NCBI GenBank assembly: GCA_030141605.1
Contig: JAQGDQ010001221.1
Span: forward strand, 1-54,355
Origin: Tubiluchus corallicola
Taxonomy: Eukaryota > Animalia > Priapulida
DNA length: 54,355 nt
Direction: 5' to 3'
Every line of letters starts with the position of its first letter. Positions within the stretch are counted from its first letter, which is position 1. A program made the translations under genes and the position numbers. A model generated the notes under the pieces. That model did not search any database. It was not told the DNA's origin and worked only from the letters and a program-made list of their open reading frames with translations. Shown piece by piece: positions 36,514 to 48,950 of this stretch.

Positions 36514-38843
36514 TTTGATATTAATTCTTTTAAAAGGGCTCTTGAGCTGTCAGTCGCAAATCAGTACGTTGTTTTGTAATGGTAAAAAGTGTTCATGCAA
36601 GTTGATGGAGTTGCTATGGGTTCTCTACTTGGACCATTTCTCGACAATTTTTATTTTTCACGTCTTGAGATAAGTATTATTTGTACCATCTTTGTGTCAT
36701 TGTTATGTTGATGACACCTTCTTAGTGCTTAAGCAAAATGAACATATAACTCTTCTCAGGACATTTCCCAGTGTTACGTATAGAGATGTCTGACGTTACC
36801 TAGTGTCATTCTAAGTTCCATGTCTGCAAATAATTTTAATACTCAGATATAAACTCTTTGACAAGTAGAGTAGCTGAGGTTTCCAGTTCCCAGAAGCTTT
36901 TATGAATGAAATTAATAAGATTCATCATTTCTTTTCTTCTTCAAAAGTACGTAATTACCAATCCGTTAAAAGTAAAAATGTCAGTTTTCTTTGTACGACA
37001 CGTTGTCGCCAACATTTTAAGCACCCTGACAAACTTACCATTAAGTGTATTATTTTTGTGAATAATCACTGTTTGTATGTGTCTTTTCTGATGAGTGAGA
37101 AAAGCGCCTGCTTTTGGTCCTGTCGTTATTGTGATTATGCACAAGCAGCACAACTTATAAATTTTCGTGCCTTAGTTGTCGCAATTCCTACTAAGGCAGA
37201 CTAAGAGAAATCTAAGCGTCGGGCACTGGAACGTTATAAATGCTAATCGCTTGCTGTCGATTGTTAAAACATCGTAAAACTGCAACTCATTAATGCGATA
37301 AGAAGATTTTATTGTCAGATACACTGCTAAATCAAAGTTTGATTGTTTGGTTAAGGAGACATCTATGATAAACTTTCTTAAGCCAACTTTGAACAGTAAA
37401 ATTAAAGATTATAAAAATAATTTTTTTTCTTAACATGTATGGTTGAGATGGTGGGAAATGCCTGTATGTTCTAGATTGTCAATGAAGCAGTATGTGCATT
37501 TTAGAATTCTTTTGATTTTAAAAATAATATGCATATGTGAGTACCGAAACGTTACCTTTATATTTTATACATTCCAAGCGAGAATTCTCTGAAATAGAAC
37601 TATGAAATTACTCGTTGTGGTTCATTCTGCTGGACATATTAACAAAAAAGGCTTATCCTGCATTGTAGTTCAATTCCCTCTGGTTCAAGAGAGGTATAAA
37701 AGTCCCTCTAAGACCAACAAATATTTTTCTACACTAGTCAGGTTTGTCAAGTTTGTTGGTTTTTCGCCACACCCTCAATTCTCCTCCTTTCCTCCTGGAT
37801 GTTCCCACAATTGCATCAAAATTGAAAGCATTCTTCCTTGCCAGATGACAAGCCACTCCACAAAATTTCGTGAAAATCGGTAGAGTAGTTATTGATTAAG
37901 AACGAAACGGGTACGAAAACATAATTGCTTCCCTAAAGGGGAAGAAAGGGGGATTTCAAAGTAAATATCAAAGAACTTTCCGAACAAGGTAATATTACCT
38001 AGCACTACGATTACCAGTTTGAAAAACTTATGTATTTGGAAAAGAAAATTCTCAATAATTTAAAATATTCGTTCCATCTGGTGAAACGGCAATGGAACGC
38101 CATTCCAGGGTGCACCACTGTTTCACCAAAATACACTTTATTCTTCTTACTGACAATGCTACGAATGTACTGACTGTTTTTCAAACTTTACATAATATAA
38201 CCAAAAGTTGTTTCAAACGACTCACAGTTAAAATGGCTGTGCCTTACGATCATCGCGGGAGTTTAAATTTACAAGCTTTACACAACGTTACTGCTAGCGC
38301 AAGCTCTGTATGGAATAAGACAACATGTAGTCGGATACAAAATTTCGCGAAGAATCTATTTCTAAACAGTGTTTTCTTGTGCTTTAACTTTTTACTACTA
38401 CAAAACTGTTGATACTAAATTTTGTCTGTTTCTGACGAATAAGTCAAATTGCACATACTTTAAAGTACTTGCAAATACGATACATTCCAACATCAATGCA
38501 TATTTTGGCTCACTCGTTCTTCACTCATTTATTGGGGGTTGTTTGTCATTCGTTTTCTCCTTCATTCCTTTTAAAAATTGCCACCTTGTAGAACTTGTGT
38601 ACATAAACCAGAGTATGAACTGTAAGAAATACTCTAGTGAATATGGTTTGGTGAATGTTTGGTGAATTAGACTATATACTACAGTATTTTAGCTATCGCT
38701 CCAAACAACTGCTCCACGATAAGCTGCTGCGAAAGAATGCCTAGATGAATTTTCTGATTTTTTACACTTATTGTTTCACAAAAAGGCAGTGCTTGTGTGA
38801 TAATTAAGGAGCAAACTAGATTAAAATGTTTTTCGTTTGACTG

Positions 38844-39079
38844 GTTATCTGCTTGATGTTACTGGTAGGGCTTCTGCGTCTTTGTATTTACTGGGATCAA
38901 TGTACATAGCGGGATGTCCTATCTCATTCTTGTTAATCTACTTTGACAAGAAGTACAAGCATCGAACAAGCACTAAGCTGAATCAATTGGTGATAAATGG
39001 AACATCAACTGATCAGTTAAATGTTAATGTGAAAAATGAGACGCAAGTTGTCAATTCTACGTACCTCACTCGATTTTAA
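38844..39079 (+). pseudogene. Orphan duplicate of gene A exon 4
   Basis: Near-identical to 22377-22612; acceptor gacAG changed to gacTG (38842-38843); no copies of exons 1-3 upstream. Confidence 0.8.
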
Positions 39080-40889
39080 GCTTTTTGCGCACACACAGTG
39101 TTCTGGACATTTAAAATCATTTTGTTTGGGCCTAAGGTCTGCACCTATTGTTTAAAGTTAGTTTATTTTCTGGTTATTTATAAAATTAAATGTTATTTTT
39201 TTAAAGTTAAAAAACAATTTTATTTTTAAAGTTAAATGCACCACACACACTCAGATAAATTTAAACTGTATTCGATTTTGTTCACTCGGTTTGTTTCTTC
39301 CTTTCTTTTTCTTTCACTCACTCTCCTTTTTGCCTTTTCTTTTTAAATTTTCTTTATTTCTTTTTCTTTTCTTTTCTTTCTCGTTTTTTAACATGCTTCG
39401 ATCGAAAGTGAAGGAAACGTGTTTATATTACAAAATACTGAGAGATACATTTTGGCGCCTGTTCAGAACTCATACATTAAAACAAGAGGGTTTGAGCTGA
39501 AAGTATTATAAACTGCTAACTGTGATGATCAAAGTAATAATGTTGATCCACATTCCTCAATGAACGTGTAACAATGTTTTAGTAACAAATAATTTACTAA
39601 CAGCAGCGTCAAATTGCAAAAAATGACACGATAACACATGCATAGTAAACAGTTGCACTCAAGTCTATGCTTTGAGCGAATACCCCATTTGAACTTTAAA
39701 TTGTGTTCGTAGTACTTTGACATTAATAACTGTTGATCACACTCGAACGTTTCACAAAATTCGTCAAACACTGTAATCAAACGCTGTACCTGGGAAGAAA
39801 GCAAACGTGACGTTAATATCAACAAATCACAAGCTGTTATGTGTTGCATACTATGCTCATGGTTTAAAAGTGGAGCTGTATTTTATACTTCTCGTTTAAA
39901 TTAACACTCAATTTGAGGCAGTGAATTTCTACAAAGGAAATGTATTCTGCAAACTAAATGCAGAATTATTTATATTGTTTGTTAAAATCTTGTTATTACT
40001 ATTATTTTCTTGACATTGGGAAATACCATTTATAACTTCTATGTGTAAAATTAAAGTTCTGTTGTTGTTTTGTTGTTATTGTTGCCTTTTGCTGTCACCG
40101 TCGTCGTCGATGCTGTGATTATTGTTGCTACTACTGCTATATTACTATTGTTATCACTACTGTTACTACTACATCAGTGATTCTTTCAGTCAAGAATGCT
40201 TTCACTTACTGGGGGCTCTTCCATCTTTAATCAGTAACCTTGAAGCTAAGATTAGAGCTGCAACAATATGACTTAAATGATGGGCCTAATTTGTTTCACA
40301 GTCACCTTTTCTTTGCACTCAATGTGATACCAGTTATCACGTAAATCACTTTGTAAAGCTCCGGACTAGACAATGTTGTCAATTCTAGCATGTGTATAGT
40401 TGGAAATTTTAGTATTCACGCAAGATAAATAAAAGTAGTTTAACAAAACAGTTCTCAGCTAAGTTTCGGTTTTCGCTATAAGCTTGGTATACATAACTAT
40501 CAAAAGTTTGCCTCATAACATGTATCCAGTAGCGGATTGTGTCCTTAATTATTTTAATAAAAATGGGGAAACGGTCCAGTTCTGCCCTAGTCGCATATTT
40601 GCTTGATTTGTTATTGACATTCAAAAGAAATCTGCATAATATAATATTGGCCTCTTCGCTTGGCACACTGTCAAATTTAGTTTGATTATGCCGGGAATTG
40701 TTTTTAATTTTAATAATGCTAGGTCCCTATACACAAGAGGTAGCATATGGTAGAGATAGCTATGAAGAGCTATCATAGCTATATAGCATGATAGGTTCTG
40801 CAGTATGTTCAAATAATCCTATTTGACTTTCATGTAGAGTGTTATTATCACTCAGAAATATTTCTAACTTGTTATTCAGAATTTTCGCA

Positions 40890-40948
<59 letters not shown>

Positions 40949-41664
40949 CAACTAATATTTATGTTATATAGCGTCTAAATATATGCAGACAGACAAACGA
41001 CTTCATATTCATAAACTTTCCACGAAAATATCTAAAATCATATTGACAGAATTGGGAAAGTTCACAAGCTTAAATAGTAAGCCTACGAAATTTCGTTAAA
41101 AGTTACGATAACTAAATAGCCAGAAACGCATAGATTCATGAAACACAAACTGACGACAAATCATTTTAAAGATTGTATGCTAGTTTAAACAAGGATTTTA
41201 ATCTGTATTTTAAAGCGCTGGTGTGCGAAAGTGTCCTAATGTGGATGGGTAGACAATTGCATAGAGTTGGTCCTGCAACAGCAAATGACCTATCACCCAT
41301 AGTGGAACAGCGCACTCTAGCAACCGTGAGCAAAAGATTATCATTTGATTTAAGACCATACCAGTTTGATTTTGTTGGACGAACCGTACCACAAATGCAA
41401 TCAGATGCCGCGCTGTGAAGCACCTTTAATACAAGTAGTAGTATCTTAAATTTAATACGTTGCTCAATGCAGTCGACGAGGAATGGGTATAATATGCCGA
41501 AACATGGATCAAAAAGATGTCAGAAATGAATAAAAATGCCTCTTTTCTGTTGCTGCTCCGATCGTTTAGGCTAGTATTATGAACTTACCGACTTAATATG
41601 TATGTTTATTGAGACCGATTTGTTAAACATTTCAGTGCGTTATCAATATTTGGAAGCTATTGGT

Positions 41665-42210
<546 letters not shown>

Positions 42211-42706
42211 AATCTTTATTAACGTCCTTTGCGTTTGCTGTCCTTATGTTAATCCTCGTCCTTCACTAATCTAATCCTTGTGTTATTAGTAGCCTATTAC
42301 TAGCTGTTGACTGGTTATGGTTTTAATACCATGAATTCAGTTTTCTCCTCGTTCATTGTAAGTTTATGGAGTCAAATACTTGTTTAATACTTTTAAGTCT
42401 TTTTTAAAGTTCTCAGTGGTCAATGCATCTAAAGTGTTTGATAAGGATAAACTGGTATCATCAGCATATTGCGCAATGGTTAGGTCTATGTTGCTGATTG
42501 ACTGAACATGATTACTGATCGTACATAATTATTCACCTGAGAACAGTAGGCCTACATACTAATTACATCAATAAAGCCGAAATAAAATACTATTTTACTA
42601 TATTGACTATTACTATCATGTAGCCTATTCATAGCTTATGCAGTAATGTGATTTCAGCCTTATCAAATGTTGTGATTTCAATGATTTAGTCTTTACAAAA
42701 CGGATT

Positions 42707-44046
42707 GTTGAAGAACATTTAAGATATGAATTCACACCTGTGCAGGATGGGGGTACAGATGGGTGTGCGTGGCTGCTAGATTCATAATGTTAGGTTTTTC
42801 CTTTCTGGGGAAATAAGATCTTTAAGAATGCTACCCCTGCCTTTAATGGACGCGTTTAACAGCGCCTCTACATTAACTGTGCGAATAAATGGTATCACAT
42901 ATTCATTCGTTTTCATGTGTTGTAATTGTAACTTGGTAGTATATTTCTTCATAAACAAATGTGCTATGCCATACTCGTGCGTGCGTCATGCAGAATTGGG
43001 CCATGATGTCATTCCACAATTCAACAAAATTTGATGTGCCGTCTCAGATGGTTAATGTTAGATAATTAACTCATCCTAAGGGCGAAGCAACCGAGCATTG
43101 AGCAATTCTATGATAAAAAGAAATAATTATTATATAGGTATTTTTGTATTCTTTTTAACAGCACTGCTTTTTGGTTGTAACATTCAGATACTTCGCTGTG
43201 TTGACAAAATACTTTAACTGACATTTAAACTCCTCTTACCTGTGCCTTAGTGTACAGGTATGATCATTCTAATCTAAGGTAATTTCGTTGGAAGGTTTCA
43301 TAGTAGGATGTGGGCTGTCACTTTCTTATGCTGTCACCTAGCTTTGGTTTTTGTTTATCACGTATGGATTTTTACTTGATATGTTTACATGTCTTCCACA
43401 GACAGGTCTAATTCCTCATGTGTTCAAGAAAAAGCGACAATAAAAATTTAACAGCAGTAAGGATGTAATAGAGCTAATATAATGTTAAACAGGTTATCCA
43501 TTTATTAATGGTTTGGTTCGAAAAACAACTACAGTGCTTTTATCTCATTTTACAGTCTTGGTTGCTGATTTGCCGTGAATCCTGATTTTACCCTTTTACT
43601 TCAAAAGTAGATTAGCATCACCATTTGCAATGCTCGCAACGAGGTCAATTGCAGCTGCGACAGTGTTTCCTTTCTTTGTAGAATATCTGTTACTGTACAC
43701 GAATTTAACTGGACCATGTCATTGTTAATTACTGGACAGATTGTCTTTTATGTTTATGGCATTGGGCTACTGCTCTAATGAAGGGAAAATAGAAGATGTT
43801 AAAGAAAATAAATGCGTGTTTCAAAGATTCATCGTGTACATCTTATTAGTTAGCACACATCTTGGCTACTTACCAGCTTTTGCATTAGCTAATTCTAGTT
43901 TAGAGAGAAGAAACTGAAGACACTGTTGTGGGTGGAGCGACTGCAGTAACTGAATTAGCACTTGCATATCTTTGTGCATGAGTTTTGTGGGCTTTTCTTG
44001 GGACATCGATATCATGCTGAGCCATTTGTCGGTAACATCATTGTCT
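42707..44046 (+). pseudogene. SLC16 pseudogene B' (duplicate), truncated at the Gypsy junction
   Basis: Near-identical to pseudogene B up to 44046. Confidence 0.85.
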
Positions 44047-44721
44047 CTTTTGACTCTTGACTCTTTTGACTATTGGAAACTTTACAAAATTCAAATTGAA
44101 CGTTGAACTTTAAATTACAAAATGACTTTCATTACAGTTAAAAATGAATTAAGTTCTAGAAACTAAAAGTAATAGAAACTTTTTTTGCGCTTAGCGCAAA
44201 ACATTTTAAGTTAACTAATTATAATGCAGGGAAGTACACTTATTATTTTTACAACTACTTAACATAGTCAATAAGAGTACTAGGAGGCTTTGAGAGTCTT
44301 CCAGACCTGGTAAATACTGGCATTTTTTGTGCTGAAATTTGAGGACGTGGTAGGTTGTGTTTCTGGTGTTGACAGCGTGTTTGGATTAGAGGCTGTTCTG
44401 TTACTATATCATGACATTCATCTTCTAGGTAATTTTCTTGTTCAAATATATCTGTTTCTTTGGTCTTCAACAAATCACGTCTGTTTCTTCTCCATACTCT
44501 ACCTGATGGAGTAAGTACATTGTATGAACGTGGTTGAAGAGTTTGCCTATCTGGAGGAAATAAAAGTGCTGGCTGCCATTTGTCTTCATGTCTAACTCGA
44601 ACGGTATCACCATGTTTTAATGGACTAAGAGTTCTCGACCCTCTGTCAAAATAGTGTTTTGCCTTCTGTCTGTATTCATGTAGCTTTTCTTGTACATGTT
44701 CTGGCTGTTGTATTTTCGGTC

Positions 44722-45408
44722 TTAACAGTGTTGGATTTGTTGGTAATTTCGTTCGTGTTCTTCTGTTGAATATTCTTTGCGCGGTGATCCAGTTACATCA
44801 TCTCTTGGTGTATTTCTGTGATTAAGTAGCGCTAAGTACGGATCTTTTCTAGATTCGTAGCATTTAATAAGTATGTTCTTGGCTATACCAACTGATTTCT
44901 CTACTAATCCATTAGCTTGTGAGTGTCTTGGTGATATGCGGCTATGATCAAAGGCAAATTGACGTGCAAATTCAGCAAACTCATTGCTATTGAATGGAGG
45001 ACCATTGTCGGTTGTTACTCTTTTCGGTATGCCGTGAGTACAAAACCATTTTTTGAGTTGTCTTATGACCGTAGATGCTTTAGAATCTCGTTCTAATTTC
45101 TCAATCTCAAAAAATTCACTGTAGTAGTCAGTACAAATTAACCACTTGTAACCTAAGCAGTCAAACAGATCAGATGCTACATGTATCCAAGGACCTTCTG
45201 GAATTTCTGAAGGCATTAGTGGCTCTTTTTGTTGCTTCATTCTGTGTGCTTGACATGTTGCACATTTTGATACAATATCTTCTATCTGTTTGTTGATACC
45301 TGGCCAATAAACAATATCCAGTGCTAGTTGCTTACATTTAACCATACCTAGGTGGCTTTCATGAATTATATCTAGCGTTTGTTCCTGTATTGATTTTGGC
45401 ACAACCAC
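44722..45408 (-). CDS. Gypsy integrase (frameshifted fragment)
   Basis: HESHLG..YWPGI..CATC zinc finger; SDLF, TDNGPPF, NGLVEKSV (DDE). Confidence 0.9.
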   Translation of the reverse strand: MVVPKSIQEQTLDIIHESHLGMVKCKQLALDIVYWPGINKQIEDIVSKCATCQAHRMKQQKEPLMPSEIPEGPWIHVASDLFDCLGYKWLICTDYYSEFFEIEKLERDSKASTVIRQLKKWFCTHGIPKRVTTDNGPPFNSNEFAEFARQFAFDHSRISPRHSQANGLVEKSVGIAKNILIKCYESRKDPYLALLNHRNTPRDDVTGSPRKEYSTEEHERNYQQIQHC

Positions 45409-45527
45409 TCTTTCACCTTTAAAGATGATTCCATCTATGTAGCTAAGCTCTTCTTGGAAGTCAAAATATGGCCTTACAAAAGGACTAACTTGTAATCTGT
45501 GTTCAGGCCATCCTTCGGGTGAAGTAA

Positions 45528-46847
45528 TTACTTTAATTCTTGCAGTGCTTCATCTGTGACTGTTTCTCTTTTCACTTCTTCCAATCGCTTTGGATTGATG
45601 TTCGATGTGCTAACGACTTCTTCAGCAGAGATACTAAAGATGTGACTGAAATCATCTGTTAAGTTTGGACCGCTATCTGCAAGATATGCACGACTTAGTG
45701 CATCTGCAACTGGTATTTCTGTGCCTCTTTTAGCCACTAGTTTGAAGTCATATTTCTGCAATTTTAGTCGCATTCTTTGCAGTCTGAGTGGTACTTGATA
45801 TAGTGGTTTCTCTAAAATTCTGATCAAAGGCAGATGGTCGGTCTCTACTACTATGTCGCTTCTTCTGTATACAAAAGTATGGAACTTCTTCATTGCAAAT
45901 ACAATTGCCAGAAGTTCTTTCTCTATTTGTGCATAAGCGCACTCTGCATCTGTAAGTGCTTTTGAGCCATAAGCAACTGGTTGCTGATTTTGCTGTAAGA
46001 CACATCCTAGACCAGACATGCTGGCATCACAAGAGATAGTAATCGGCTCTGTTTGGCTGTAAAATTTCAAGGTTGGTGCTGTAGTCATCACTCTTTTAAT
46101 TTGAGGGACTGCTTCTATATGTACTTCATCGAAGTGCCATGAGAACTGTTTTTTGCTACTCTCTTTAATTAGCTGTCTGAGAGGCTCTGTTACAGTTGAC
46201 AAAGTGGGTAAGAATTTACATGTGTATGTAACCATTCCTAATAGCGTTTGGACTTCCTTTATGCACTTTGGCATTGGCATGTCAGTAACTGCTTTGACTT
46301 TGTCTGGATCGATCTGAACGCCTTTGCTACTGATAATATAGTCTGCATATTTAACACTTTCTTGACATGATGCTAGTTTTCTCAGTGAAAATGTGACATT
46401 ATTCTCTCTGGCTCTTTGTAATATGCATCTTAGCAACTCACAATGTTCTTTGACTGCTACTGAGTCTGCAAGTAAGTCATCAGTTATAATGTTCAATTTC
46501 TCTATGTCTCCAAAGATTTCCATCATCTTCCGTTGATATAGTTCAGGGGCGGAAGATATGCCCATTGGAAGTCTCCTGTACATGTATCGGCCAAACGGTG
46601 TGTTGAACGCTGTTAACAAGCTTGACTCTTCATCAAGTTCTAGTTGGAAATAACCAGAGTTGGCATCTAGCACTGTGAAATGTTGGCTTCCACTGACACG
46701 AGTGATTATATCATCAACAGTATTAATTGGGTAATACTCTTTAAGTAAGGCTTTGTTTAAATCTTTAGGGTCAATTATTAATCTCACATCAACATCTGGG
46801 CTTAACCCTTTCTTTTTCACAACATGTAATGAGCTGCACCAAGGTGT
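45528..46847 (-). CDS. Gypsy RT and RNase H (downstream of the BEL insertion)
   Basis: TPWCS..VKKK, LDANSGYFQ, TPFGRY..RLPMGISSAPE, ITDDLL, CDAS..GLG, YAQIEKELLAI, TDHLPL, ADALSR. Confidence 0.92.
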   Translation of the reverse strand, partial: TPWCSSLHVVKKKGLSPDVDVRLIIDPKDLNKALLKEYYPINTVDDIITRVSGSQHFTVLDANSGYFQLELDEESSLLTAFNTPFGRYMYRRLPMGISSAPELYQRKMMEIFGDIEKLNIITDDLLADSVAVKEHCELLRCILQRARENNVTFSLRKLASCQESVKYADYIISSKGVQIDPDKVKAVTDMPMPKCIKEVQTLLGMVTYTCKFLPTLSTVTEPLRQLIKESSKKQFSWHFDEVHIEAVPQIKRVMTTAPTLKFYSQTEPITISCDASMSGLGCVLQQNQQPVAYGSKALTDAECAYAQIEKELLAIVFAMKKFHTFVYRRSDIVVETDHLPLIRILEKPLYQVPLRLQRMRLKLQKYDFKLVAKRGTEIPVADALSRAYLADSGPNLTDDFSHIFSISAEEVVSTSNINPKRLEEVKRETVTDEALQELK

Positions 46848-46851
46848 GGGA

Positions 46852-47231
46852 TGATGGCTTTCTGAAGGTAAAATTGCTAAGATTTCAGCATAGGTAGAAC
46901 ACAGGTGAGTTTATTTATGCAAATCAGTAACAGCACATGTTTATTCAATGATCTCTGATAGCCAACTGCCCAGGTAAGTTTTCTATGAAGCAAGGAAGCC
47001 AGCTATGAAGCTTCTTTTCTATGAAGGTAAATGTTATGCACACTACATAGTTCAAGGATGAAAGTTTAGACTGTATATGAAGAAATAGACTTATTTTACA
47101 GCTGAAAACTTGTGTGGGATTTTTAATGTTTTAACCAGAGAATGCAATAATATGACATAATGAATAAAAAATAATGACATATGACATAATAATAAAAAAT
47201 AATGACATATGACATCGTGAGCTTCATGACA
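46852..47231 (-). repeat. BEL 3' LTR (380 bp)
   Basis: Matches 51551-51920; preceded on the minus strand by PPT-like GGTCGGAG. Confidence 0.92.
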
Positions 47232-48204
47232 CTCCGACCAGGAAGTTGGAAATAACATAAACTATTTGATACTTTAACCTTTAAAGTCATTTAACTTTTA
47301 CAAGAAATAAATTTTGTTGTCATTTCTTAATCATTTTAATAATGACATCTAACATTTTAAGTACGAGATGGCGCCACCAAGCCGTTTGGGCGCCGTGGAT
47401 TTACGAACACAACAATACGAATCACACCATTGCAAAACGGGGTATTTGGGCTATGTACAAAAGGGGTAAGTTTTTTTAAATCTAATTTAATAGTGGCATT
47501 AAATTCCAAATTAATTTCGGATATACCTGTCACGCTTCATTCGTAACAATTTTCATTACATACAACTTAACGATAAACTCAATATTTCTCTATCGAGTTT
47601 CACTACAAATAACATTCAATCTCTAGATTATAAAATCATTATGACGATTTGAGTCCAGAGTATCGATTTAGGATGCATACGATTTTATCCATTGGTAGAT
47701 TTAAATTACTAGTAGATTGCTAACCGAGGACATGCACAAGTATTACTATTAGCAAGTATAATAAGCAATGACATACAGCATTGGTTACTCTTTGTGTTTA
47801 TGATAAAGTTTGTACAGCATTTGCTTGGTTTACCTGTAGGTTATGCTGTACATGTTCTATCACACAATTAGACACAATTTATCATTAACATTTCTATCAT
47901 CCTTTTCTTTTCAGGTTTATAACAAATAGCACGTTTTGTGCACAAGGTAAGTATAAGGTAACTTAGGTAAGTAATATTTTAAAAACTTAATAAGCAGCTA
48001 TTCAAACAGTGTTAACAATGACAACAACAAGTTGATATTCAAATGATGTTAACAACAATAGCAATACTGAACAATGCAAAACTTATTTACAAAATCTCTT
48101 CTAGTTTAAGGAAGAGTTTATCCCACCTGTCAAGGAGGAGGGAGAAATTTGATAGCAATGCCTTTTGGGCGCTTTAATGTTTCTGATTTTACAGGTAGAT
48201 TTGA

Positions 48205-48950
48205 TTAAGGTGGATCTCGGGTTTCAATAGAAACAATTCGATACAAGTGGAAAGTTTTCCGACATTTGCAGGATCCACGTGGTAAGTTTGAATCAGAAAT
48301 CAGAATTACATCATTATCGTTTGACGGAATAATTACAACATTTTTCATAGAGTTTGGCTTTTTGATTTCTGTATATGTATATTGTGTCAAAGATAGCCAC
48401 ATGATTTTAAATGGAAATTTAATTCCATACATGAAAACTTTTATGGCTCTAAAAATGAATGCAATGAGAAATGAGAGCCAATCCAGAAAGGAAAAGTCAT
48501 TAATATTAATAACTTTACCAACAGCTTTATGACATGTGACAATGTCAGAAATATGACACCCACTTTCAAAGAGTACTTCCTTTTTAGGGGGTATGTCTGA
48601 CTGTATTTGGGACGTCTCTTCTGAAGCCAGTGTAGGTACTGAACTAGAAACTGGCGAAACATCTGGTCGTGTCGTCTGATAGTTATCAGTTACAGGCTCT
48701 GGACCCGTTTGGTGTATCTCAGATTTGGAGCAACTTAATGTACTACTACTATTCGGTAATGAATCCGTTAATGTGCAATCAAGCTCAGGCTGAAGACAAA
48801 ATAATGAGTTTTCTGAACAAATTGTAGATTCATTGTTTGCCAAGGTGTCTGTTTTTTCAACTACCCCTGTAAGTATATAGCCTAAAAGGCTTGCATACAG
48901 GAAGAGGCCGGGTGAAACTTCCTGCTTTTCAGCTCCTAGAATTTTGAGGT
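48205..48950 (-). CDS. BEL ORF continuation: protease C-terminus, unrelated segment with a hydrophobic stretch, integrase C-terminal (DUF5641-like) relic
   Basis: Frameshift near 48955 gives DYLKILG..SLLGYILTG; ends with DVILISDSNLPRG. Confidence 0.55.

Noticed and set aside
35890-36518. Cys/Trp/Val/Gly-rich ORFs
   Set aside because: Low-complexity GTGTG tract open in several frames
46470-46495. Gypsy RT has ITDD instead of YxDD
   Set aside because: Aliphatic-x-DD is common in Mag-like elements, so not unusual
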